From positions 1 through 60,979 of IMG/VR virus record IMGVR_UViG_3300027904_000002: 60,979 nt of DNA; one strand, given 5' to 3'. Below, one piece after another: positions 7,687 through 15,820 of the stretch. Origin of the DNA: a virus. A program made the position numbers and the translations under genes. The notes below the pieces were generated by a model. The model was not told the origin of the DNA. It saw only the letters and a list, made by a program, of their open reading frames with translations, and made no database searches. The stretch's first letter is position 1. Each line of letters starts with the position of its first letter.

Positions 7687-8106
7687 TTAACTCTCCAAGC
7701 ACTCTGTAAATGTTTTAGCTTCATGTTTGTTTCTGTGTAATGCTAAATGCAGTTCAATTCGTCTTATCAATAATTCTTTTTTAAATGGTTTTCGTATATA
7801 GTCAACAGCACCACATTCAAATGCTTTGTATTCATCTTCAAAATCCGTTTGTCCAGATACCATTATTACAGGGATGTCAGCAAACTTGCTTTTTTTTAGC
7901 ATTGCAACCGCTTGAAATCCGTCTATTGCAGGCATTACGATATCCATAAGGATTAGGTCTATATTTTCTCTCTCAAGCACAGTAATCATATCGCTTGTGT
8001 TAGTGACTAAATACAAATTATAGTCATGCTCTAACATTGAACGAATTGCATTCAAATCAAACGGGTTATCATCAACAGCTAATAAAGCATTTTTCTTACT
8101 TTTCAC
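7687..8106 (-). CDS. Stand-alone response-regulator receiver (REC, CheY-like) domain protein
   Basis: 139 aa. LLAVDDN (D12, D13), DLILMDIVMPAIDG (D55), PVIMVSG (S84), DYIRKPF (K106-P107). No output domain. The GTG start overlaps the upstream stop (GTGA). Confidence 0.85.
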   Translation of the reverse strand: MKSKKNALLAVDDNPFDLNAIRSMLEHDYNLYLVTNTSDMITVLERENIDLILMDIVMPAIDGFQAVAMLKKSKFADIPVIMVSGQTDFEDEYKAFECGAVDYIRKPFKKELLIRRIELHLALHRNKHEAKTFTECLES

Positions 8107-8495
8107 TTTCTATCTTCCAGTTTTGTGAGAGTTCTTAAAACTTCGCTCATATCCCTTTCAAGAACCTTTATGATTGTGTTTAATCCCGATATAACTTGAG
8201 TATTGTTTGAAACTACTTCTAATACTTGACCCTCTCTTTGCAAATAAGCTACCTGTCTTTTTTCAGCAGCTTCGGATTCAATTTTAGCTTTTTCTTTTAT
8301 TGCTTCGGCTTCGATTTCTGCTATTTTTTCATCGCTGACTCTGCGTTCTTTTCGGTCTTTATACATTAAAAGAGATGGTAAGATTATGGCGATAGCGGCT
8401 ACAGCGATAATGAAAAAGAATATTAAATCACTTTCACTTTGTTTTGTGACTTCGTATAAAACATCCACAACCCCATAATCGCTGTCATACGTCAT
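8103..8495 (-). CDS. Membrane-anchored coiled-coil protein, first gene of the lysis cassette
   Basis: 130 aa. TM segment LIFFFIIAVAAIAIILPSLLMY, then a Glu/Lys/Ala heptad-rich region. Confidence 0.7.
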   Translation of the reverse strand: MTYDSDYGVVDVLYEVTKQSESDLIFFFIIAVAAIAIILPSLLMYKDRKERRVSDEKIAEIEAEAIKEKAKIESEAAEKRQVAYLQREGQVLEVVSNNTQVISGLNTIIKVLERDMSEVLRTLTKLEDRK

Positions 8496-8568
8496 TATTG
8501 ATTACCTGCCCTCTATATTGTCTCACAAAAATATTACCATATTTTATAGATATTGTAAATAATTATTT

Positions 8569-9786
8569 TTAGAATACTAAATGTGGCGCATTTTCTGCTG
8601 CTTGAAATATTAATAATCTCACTTTTTGTATATGTGACGGTAATATTTCTCTAGCCAAACACAAAATGAGGTGTTTATTTTTAAAAGAAGCAAACTGTGA
8701 AATTAAAAATATTTGATTTCCATCTTCCGATTGAAGTATAGACCAATCACGTTTTTGTAACGAATTAGTATATGAATTTATCCCTATGCGCTGTAACGCA
8801 ATGTCAGCAAAAATTGCTTGATTTGTCAAAAATCCAACCATATGTGATGAAATGCGTGATGGTTCAATTAACATAGAATTTAATGCTACATCCGCAGCAA
8901 ATGCTCTATTAGTAGAAAATGGAAATATTGCGTAATTTTCAACTTGTCCAGCTACAAAACCAGCCGGAGGACTATTCATGATTCTAAACGCACCAGAAAG
9001 TCTTGCAGGATATCCATCGGGTGTATATCCATGAACTTCTATAAAATTCGTGTCAAACGCAAATGTAGATGCTTGGCTTGCACCTGCCGCTGTAGTCATT
9101 AACAAGTATTTTCCTACTGTTGCCAAACCCCTTGCCACAAAACTGAGACTAGGCACGCTTGGAACGCTCGATGTAATAACATCTCTTTGCAAAGATTTAT
9201 TATACCTAACAAAATTTATGGGAAAACCACCGCCAAATCCAGACACAACACCTATCAGGGATTCGTTAAACTCTATATAGTCTTGTGAGTAATGTACGCC
9301 TGAATTTGTAACATATTCTAAAATGTGTGATTGCAAAGTATTATCAAGAACTAAAAATGTAGAATTATTTGAATTATGAAGATTAACAAACAAAACATAG
9401 TTTCCTACTGAATATGTTGCCCCGTAGCGAGAAAGAGAAATATTTTTAAATGATTGTGGGATATCAATAATTCCCAATTGATATGTTTCGTCATAAGTAT
9501 ATGTGATTCCCCACGGGTCTGAAAAAATCGCATAATTTCCGATGCTTCCTGCTGCCGACATACCCATTGAAGTAGGAACAAGAGGTGGATGTTCGGGCAA
9601 TAATGGTGGCGGTTTAGGTCTAACAGGAGGCATAGGCTCAGTTGGCAATACAGCTAAAGGCAAATACGGTATCTCCAACTCTGGAAATGGTAAAACAGGC
9701 AACGGTTCTAAATCCGTAAATTTAGACTTAACTGCAAACTTACGCACTATAGGGTAATTTATATTGTTAACATTAGTCCATTCCAT
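8569..9786 (-). CDS. Tail fibre/receptor-binding candidate, paralog B (shared Pro-rich N-terminal module)
   Basis: The N-terminus PIVRKFAVKSKFTDLEPLPVLPFPELEIPYLPLAVLPTEPMPPVRPKPP parallels the N-terminus of 14058..15437. The C-termini have diverged. Confidence 0.6.
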   Translation of the reverse strand: MEWTNVNNINYPIVRKFAVKSKFTDLEPLPVLPFPELEIPYLPLAVLPTEPMPPVRPKPPPLLPEHPPLVPTSMGMSAAGSIGNYAIFSDPWGITYTYDETYQLGIIDIPQSFKNISLSRYGATYSVGNYVLFVNLHNSNNSTFLVLDNTLQSHILEYVTNSGVHYSQDYIEFNESLIGVVSGFGGGFPINFVRYNKSLQRDVITSSVPSVPSLSFVARGLATVGKYLLMTTAAGASQASTFAFDTNFIEVHGYTPDGYPARLSGAFRIMNSPPAGFVAGQVENYAIFPFSTNRAFAADVALNSMLIEPSRISSHMVGFLTNQAIFADIALQRIGINSYTNSLQKRDWSILQSEDGNQIFLISQFASFKNKHLILCLAREILPSHIQKVRLLIFQAAENAPHLVF

Positions 9787-11099
9787 TAAGACAACCTTGA
9801 AACAGCAAAAGCCATTCTACGCCAATCGTTAGTTAAACCACCAAAAACAAATCTGTTGTTTCCGAATGCAGACAAATAAGTATCTAAAATTTCATTACTT
9901 GTATACGTTTCCCATGTTTTAAAATCTTTAGTTGTAGCAAATATAGTAAATTTCCACGATTCGTCCATAAGGCTCAACACAAACGTACCATCAGCAAAAT
10001 GTAATTGAGAAACATAATCCAATGCCCCGTAACTGCTAAACGCTTCATTGCCAGATACTCTTATATATTCCCATGATTTTAAATCACTGGAAGTGTAAAC
10101 AGCAATTTGTGTTTGACCCTCATCCCAATGACGAAACGCATAAGCATACAATCCGTTTCCATATGTATAGGCGGAATTTCCATATAAACCTAGCCAAGTT
10201 TCAAAAATCTCTGAGGTTTCCCAATTAATACCATCGAAAGATTTGGCAAGACCTACATGTACATTCCATGGGTCATAATAATAATGATATTGAACGATAA
10301 ATCTATCTACACTATAAACAAACCCTTTAAAAGTTGTTAAAATAGCCGACTCTTTATCTACATTCAAATCATGTGTTTCCCAATTTATTCCATCTTCTGT
10401 AACATTAACTACTCTTTTATCAAGCTGACTTATATACGAATGTTCAAATAATATTTCATTATTGCCATAAATATCATACTCATTGAAAAGCTGTAAGTGT
10501 GCATTAGAGACATCAACATTAATATCTTCCCACACTATCCCATCTACAGAGGTTGATATTTCAATATTATCTAATTTACTCCATAGAGAATGCGGACTTT
10601 TAAATAATATAAACTTATCGTTTACAAAATATATAGTTCTAATGCGATGATTTGTAATTGGTAAAATCTGACCATCAGTTTCTTCCCACTCAACCCCATC
10701 TTCACTCCTAAACACAGTAACAAGATTGCTGTCTTTAGCTCTATATGAAGCTAAAAATATACCATTATTAAATGCTATATTAACAATAGAGTTCGTTCTA
10801 TTTTCTTCAACAACTACCCACTCTGGTAAAACAGGCGCTTCTACAGGCGGTTTGGGTGGTATATATTCTTCTTCAACAGTTATAATAAATTCTGGTGTAG
10901 TCACATTAAATCCACCGAAATTAGAAATAACTAATTTGGCTGTTCCCTCTGTAACGTTAGTAACGTCAAGTCTATAGGTACTGCCAAAACCGCTTAAAGC
11001 AACTTTATCAGCACTTCCAGTAATGGGAGTCAACTGAATATGGTCTAGCGTAAATCCTGCAACTGGTCTATCAAATTGTATAATAATGTGTGTTGTCAT
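9786..11099 (-). CDS. Tail protein: Ig-like N-terminal domain plus six-bladed Asp-box (BNR-like) beta-propeller
   Basis: ATG 11099 lies 1 nt after the upstream stop. Asp-box-like motifs occur at about 55-aa spacing: SEDGVEWE, SVDGIVWE, TEDGINWE, SFDGINWE, SSDLKSWE, TKDFKTWE. Confidence 0.65.
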   Translation of the reverse strand: MTTHIIIQFDRPVAGFTLDHIQLTPITGSADKVALSGFGSTYRLDVTNVTEGTAKLVISNFGGFNVTTPEFIITVEEEYIPPKPPVEAPVLPEWVVVEENRTNSIVNIAFNNGIFLASYRAKDSNLVTVFRSEDGVEWEETDGQILPITNHRIRTIYFVNDKFILFKSPHSLWSKLDNIEISTSVDGIVWEDINVDVSNAHLQLFNEYDIYGNNEILFEHSYISQLDKRVVNVTEDGINWETHDLNVDKESAILTTFKGFVYSVDRFIVQYHYYYDPWNVHVGLAKSFDGINWETSEIFETWLGLYGNSAYTYGNGLYAYAFRHWDEGQTQIAVYTSSDLKSWEYIRVSGNEAFSSYGALDYVSQLHFADGTFVLSLMDESWKFTIFATTKDFKTWETYTSNEILDTYLSAFGNNRFVFGGLTNDWRRMAFAVSRLS

Positions 11100-11100
11100 A

Positions 11101-13467
11101 TTATTCGTACCTAAATAGTTCAAGTTGACCTATCATTACATAACCAGAATTTGGTAAATGTACTCTGGTTATTGTTATTCTATAATATCTATATGAAGTG
11201 GTGGAAGACAATTTGTGTTCTGTAGCTAAAGGCGTATGCGAAAGCTCTCTATCTATAACCGTATCAAGCACAGTCCAATTAACACCATCGTTTGAACCAC
11301 TAAAAGTAAAATCAGCTGCGGAATATGTTGACGCAGGAATTGGAATTTCCTGTCTATTATGAACTTTGTATAAATTTACATCAGTTATTGCACCCGTATC
11401 TATTTGCAACCATGCATTACCTATTCCCGTACTTGGTGAAAAATTTAATGTACTAGACCATCCATCATTAAGATTTAATGGTGATGTTCTGCCTAACCAC
11501 CTATCAAATGCTTTAAACGGAAAATATCTATAAGTTCCAGAAGTTTCAGCACTGCTTGCACTCGCAACAAACGGAACAGGTAAAGTATTACTTGTCATTT
11601 GAGGAACAACAAGAACCAATACAGGCACTTTCAAATTTAAAACAACATGTGGTGTAGTTACCCTAAACTCACTAAAATTAGATAAAACAAGCCTAATCGT
11701 TCCCACAGAAACCACATTAATATCAAGTCTATAAGTTGTGCCAATCCCCGACAACGCTTGTTTTGTAGCGTTTCCAGTTAACGGTATTATATCAACATGA
11801 CTTAGGTTAAATCCATGTACAACCCTATCGAAAATAATTTCAATGTGAGAAATTACATCATCTTCTAAAATGACTTCTGCTATAAATGTTACATCAATTA
11901 AAGTTGGCGATATATAGCCGATATTATCAATCTGTCTTTGCAAATCAGCTAATATTGAGTCTATATTCATAATAGTTGACGGTTTATTTAAAATGTCTGC
12001 CCATTCTCTTATGCCAAAAGTTTCAGATACAAATAAACGACCATCTTGTGTGCTTATAACAATAGCGTTTCCATCTTCTAAAGATATCAAATCAGCAGGG
12101 TTTGTTATTCCGCCGCCACCACCACCGGGGCAATCAACAGGAGGTGGTGCGCCATGACCATCCCACGGATAACGTGTGTCATATACAACAACTGTATCTC
12201 CGTCATGCCATGTGCTAATCAGTTGCGGTGTAGGCAAGTGTGGAAGTTGTATTACGCCACCGCCAAAGCCACCACCTACCATACGTTCCGATTCTGCGCC
12301 TGGGTGTTCAAATTGTTCCCAAACCCCGTTTTGACAATCGGTACGTGGCATTGCACCTGCATGTACGTCTAAATAAGTAACCCTATATACTTCTCCAGAT
12401 ACACGCCCTATAACTTTATCCCACGGCTGTATCGCAGGGTTTACAAGGCTGTTTCCGATAAGTATAGGCATATTAACATAGCCACGAATGTAACTTAAAG
12501 TTTCGTCAACCGCTGCTTGACCTCTTAGCCACGGTACGTGAACGTCCAATATGTAACCCGTAGCATTCCCTGAAAAGAATACATTTCCGCCACGATTACT
12601 TATACGCAATCCAGTTATCGGAGGGTGTTCAGTTTCAATTACATCATAATCCCATTCGGAAATCAGTATAGGTTCATCGGGTGTGAATTGTCTGTTAGGT
12701 GGTGCTATATCGTGCATTATACCCCACCCTGTTATCATCCCATCGGGTTTACAACGTGCGTTAGCACCTATAGTTATCAGCATAAAAGATAAAACCAAAC
12801 GACAGCTCATATCATCTGGCACGTTGTCTATAATATGAGTTGTATTAAGCATATCATCAATCGGCACACCTGTAATGCGTTTTATGCGTTCAACAGCGTT
12901 AGCATATGTCATTGGAAATGTAACTGTTTCACCACGGATAAAAGACGTGTTTTCCAAATACCACATAAAATCAAAACACTTTATACTTATTCTACGTGTT
13001 TTATGGTCGTGTGTTACTTCCATTACACGATATGTGCCGATTAATACCCATTCTGAAACATTTTCAAATTCATCATTTACGTTTGTCGTTGTTGCCGAAA
13101 ATGACGTAAAATCCACGCTCATAGGTTCTATAGCAGGAGACATTTCTTCCGAAACAGCTCTTGCAGTAAAGGTTACATCTATCAATTCTGGTGTTTTGTC
13201 TATGTCATAATCCACAACAATCCGCATATAAACGCCAATTATTTCACCTACATTCGGAACGGTTGCTGATTCTTTTAAAACGCAGTTAAAGCTACCCATA
13301 AAAGCATTGCCAATACAAAATTCTTCACCATCTGAGAACCCATCTATCCAATTAGGCGAATCTGCAAAGTCAGATGAAAAAACAACCTTACCGCCAAAAA
13401 CTAAAGCGTATTCAAACCTGCCACGCTTATTATATAAATCATTAAATTTTTGGCTTACTTCACGCAT
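11101..13467 (-). CDS. Large tail-tip protein (Tal-like N-terminus, Ig-like middle domain, C-terminal discoidin/F5-8 type C-like domain)
   Basis: 788 aa. The Ig-like segment HIEIIFDRVVHGFNLSHVDIIPLTGNATKQALSGIGTTYRLDI is paralogous to the N-terminus of 9786..11099. The C-terminus FKAFDR...NAWLQIDTG...GSNDGVNWTVL...YRYYRITITRV...IGQLELF fits the discoidin pattern. Confidence 0.65.
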   Translation of the reverse strand: MREVSQKFNDLYNKRGRFEYALVFGGKVVFSSDFADSPNWIDGFSDGEEFCIGNAFMGSFNCVLKESATVPNVGEIIGVYMRIVVDYDIDKTPELIDVTFTARAVSEEMSPAIEPMSVDFTSFSATTTNVNDEFENVSEWVLIGTYRVMEVTHDHKTRRISIKCFDFMWYLENTSFIRGETVTFPMTYANAVERIKRITGVPIDDMLNTTHIIDNVPDDMSCRLVLSFMLITIGANARCKPDGMITGWGIMHDIAPPNRQFTPDEPILISEWDYDVIETEHPPITGLRISNRGGNVFFSGNATGYILDVHVPWLRGQAAVDETLSYIRGYVNMPILIGNSLVNPAIQPWDKVIGRVSGEVYRVTYLDVHAGAMPRTDCQNGVWEQFEHPGAESERMVGGGFGGGVIQLPHLPTPQLISTWHDGDTVVVYDTRYPWDGHGAPPPVDCPGGGGGGITNPADLISLEDGNAIVISTQDGRLFVSETFGIREWADILNKPSTIMNIDSILADLQRQIDNIGYISPTLIDVTFIAEVILEDDVISHIEIIFDRVVHGFNLSHVDIIPLTGNATKQALSGIGTTYRLDINVVSVGTIRLVLSNFSEFRVTTPHVVLNLKVPVLVLVVPQMTSNTLPVPFVASASSAETSGTYRYFPFKAFDRWLGRTSPLNLNDGWSSTLNFSPSTGIGNAWLQIDTGAITDVNLYKVHNRQEIPIPASTYSAADFTFSGSNDGVNWTVLDTVIDRELSHTPLATEHKLSSTTSYRYYRITITRVHLPNSGYVMIGQLELFRYE

Positions 13468-13496
13468 TTAATTTTACCCATTTCAAAGAGTTTGCA

Positions 13497-13631
13497 TTAT
13501 TCAGAATATTCCTTGCCTGTAATATTAAAATAATTTTCAGCAGTTATAATTTGTGCTTTTACAGCAAGTTTTAATTGGTATTCAGTCCACAAACCTGCTT
13601 CATAATTTCTTTTTGCAATAGCTTCTGTCAT
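13497..13631 (-). CDS. XkdX-family small protein (44 aa)
   Basis: MTEAIAKRNYEAGLWTEYQLKLAVKAQIITAENYFNITGKEYSE matches the XkdX pattern (W..eql..aV.kg.IT.eeY..ITG). Below the ORF-track cutoff. Confidence 0.6.
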   Translation of the reverse strand: MTEAIAKRNYEAGLWTEYQLKLAVKAQIITAENYFNITGKEYSE

Positions 13632-13632
13632 T

Positions 13633-14043
13633 TTAGTTGCCCTCCATTGAATTGATTATTTCCATAACGCACAAAAATTCCAACGCTGCCGCAATTCGTT
13701 CTTCTGATGTAGGTGGCACTTCTTGCGGTCTGCTTTCAAATTCTTCGATAACGTCAAGAACTTCACGGTCTGACATTCCATCTTCTAACTCTAACCCCAT
13801 ACGTACATACATTTCAACAAATGAATTATACTCAGTGAAAATAGTTCCGTTTATTGCTCCACCACCAATGACCGCTTTTGAATTAGGTGCAGTTATCCAC
13901 GGGTGCATTTCAAAATATTCTTCCGCAGTCCATCTACTTTGACCCTTTCGCACTATTTCGCCTGTCATTGGATTTATTACGTCAGGGGTTCTTCCAATTG
14001 TTATTATGTCGTCTTGTTTGTTCCAAATTGCATATCTTGCCAT
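13633..14043 (-). CDS. Hypothetical tail-module protein
   Basis: 136-aa ORF, tightly packed with its neighbours. Confidence 0.65.
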   Translation of the reverse strand: MARYAIWNKQDDIITIGRTPDVINPMTGEIVRKGQSRWTAEEYFEMHPWITAPNSKAVIGGGAINGTIFTEYNSFVEMYVRMGLELEDGMSDREVLDVIEEFESRPQEVPPTSEERIAAALEFLCVMEIINSMEGN

Positions 14044-14057
14044 GTTTATTTTTCTCC

Positions 14058-15437
14058 TTAATTATAAATATAAGTTTCAAATTCTGATATTCCGTTGATT
14101 TCCCCATTTGTTCTAACAATTACTTTCAGACTAGTATTGTTTATATCTGCATTATCCATTGAAAGTTCTCTTGACCTTGAATGAGTTCCAGATAGTCTTG
14201 TATTTGGGGATACATTGCCTGAGAGCGACCATCCATAAGTATCAATAACCATAAAAGGTGCAGTTTCAACATTACCCTCAAACAATATAAGACTGATATA
14301 ATATCTTGCGATACTATGAAAAGTAACGACTAATGCAGCTGATAATGATGAAAAATTCTCTAATCTAGTATTATATGCGACTATATGTTGACCTATAGCA
14401 AATAGCATAAAGTTGCCAACCGAAGACGCTTTAGAATTAAATATGTCAGGAATTGACTTTCCTAGAAGATTGAAAAAAAGACTTGAATTTATAGCGGAAT
14501 TGCTATACAGACCAGCAATAATCGCTAAATCTTCACGCAATATATTCGTTGCTGACCCAATTATACTACCGAATCCCACAATACGTGGTAACGTATCTAT
14601 TTGAAATGATTTATTTATCGAAAAAATATCCCCGCTGAGTTGACCCGTTGGTCTATCAAACAATAAATATTCTTGCACTGTTGTAGTTGTCGTGTCTAAA
14701 GCTCCGCCTGTTATTCCAGTCACAATATGTGAGAATGTCCTTTGCAAAGACTCATCAAATGCTTGTACATGTAAAGAAGTGTTGGAGCTTCTCCCAAAAA
14801 TTATTGCATGATTATTAAAAGAATCAGACTCCATCATCCCAGTATAAAAAGACGCTAATTCACTCCCAACATATTGAAATTCTTTTGTTATTGCTGATAC
14901 GTAACTTCTAGGCACTCCAGTAACATCTGCAAAAATTACATAATTTCCTACGTATGACGCTGTTCGCAAAGTTCCATGAAAAGGCATGGTTGGTAATATT
15001 TGTTTTTGTAGCACATTATTATATACAACTAAACCCCCGAGTGTTACAACTACACAATGACGAGCATCCGATGTTTCTGTTGCAACACTTGCACGATATA
15101 CTATAGGATTTAAATCAATTCTTTGAAGTGCATTATTATATGCATAAATAGCATTGTTGGCAAGAGTAGGAAAATAAATCGCATAATCTTGAACCCTTGT
15201 CGCAACAATCGAAACCCAATCGCTAGGCAAAGGTAAAATCCCATCTGGCGGAATCATAGGCGGTTGGGGCGGTTTCGGTCTAACAGGAGGCATAGGCTCA
15301 GTTGGCAATACCATCAAGGGCAAATAAGGCAACTCCAATTCGGGAAATGGCAATATCGGCAAAGGCTCAAGTTCCATGTCTTTAGACTTTACCGCAAATG
15401 ACCTTGTTATGGGGAATATTTCGTTAAAGTTTTCCAT
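14058..15437 (-). CDS. Tail fibre/receptor-binding candidate, paralog A (shared Pro-rich N-terminal module)
   Basis: ATG 15437 (MENFNEIFPITRSFAVKSKDMELEPLPILPFPELELPYLPLMVLPTEPMPPVRPKPP). It shares an exact 35-bp stretch with paralog B. Confidence 0.6.
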   Translation of the reverse strand: MENFNEIFPITRSFAVKSKDMELEPLPILPFPELELPYLPLMVLPTEPMPPVRPKPPQPPMIPPDGILPLPSDWVSIVATRVQDYAIYFPTLANNAIYAYNNALQRIDLNPIVYRASVATETSDARHCVVVTLGGLVVYNNVLQKQILPTMPFHGTLRTASYVGNYVIFADVTGVPRSYVSAITKEFQYVGSELASFYTGMMESDSFNNHAIIFGRSSNTSLHVQAFDESLQRTFSHIVTGITGGALDTTTTTVQEYLLFDRPTGQLSGDIFSINKSFQIDTLPRIVGFGSIIGSATNILREDLAIIAGLYSNSAINSSLFFNLLGKSIPDIFNSKASSVGNFMLFAIGQHIVAYNTRLENFSSLSAALVVTFHSIARYYISLILFEGNVETAPFMVIDTYGWSLSGNVSPNTRLSGTHSRSRELSMDNADINNTSLKVIVRTNGEINGISEFETYIYN

Positions 15438-15442
15438 TAATA

Positions 15443-15820
15443 TTACATCTCTATTATATTGATTTGCGCACCGTGTACCCACGCACCACGCTTTACACTT
15501 ATCAACCTTGCTTCACGCTTATTTATATAACCTGTAAAATTTACCATACCACCTGTGTATGTGTTGTATGCTGTATAAGTATTCACTCTGCCATTAGCAG
15601 ACACAGCATTTGCAAATTGTCTAAACCTTGCACTCATTTTATGGCTTTTAGGGAATTGTAATTCAACCCTATGCTTAGTACCGATAATAGTAAATTCCAT
15701 TAATCCGTCAAGAGGGTTTCTACCACTGCCCTCTGCGTGCAAATCCTCTGTGACAAAGTTATAGTTTTCTCTGAATATTAAATCTGAAAAGTCTTGACCG
15801 TTTACCAATAACAACGTCAT
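15443..15820 (-). CDS. Tail component in the distal-tail-protein position
   Basis: 125-aa ORF overlapping the tape-measure stop by 4 nt. The call is positional only. Confidence 0.4.
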   Translation of the reverse strand: MTLLLVNGQDFSDLIFRENYNFVTEDLHAEGSGRNPLDGLMEFTIIGTKHRVELQFPKSHKMSARFRQFANAVSANGRVNTYTAYNTYTGGMVNFTGYINKREARLISVKRGAWVHGAQINIIEM

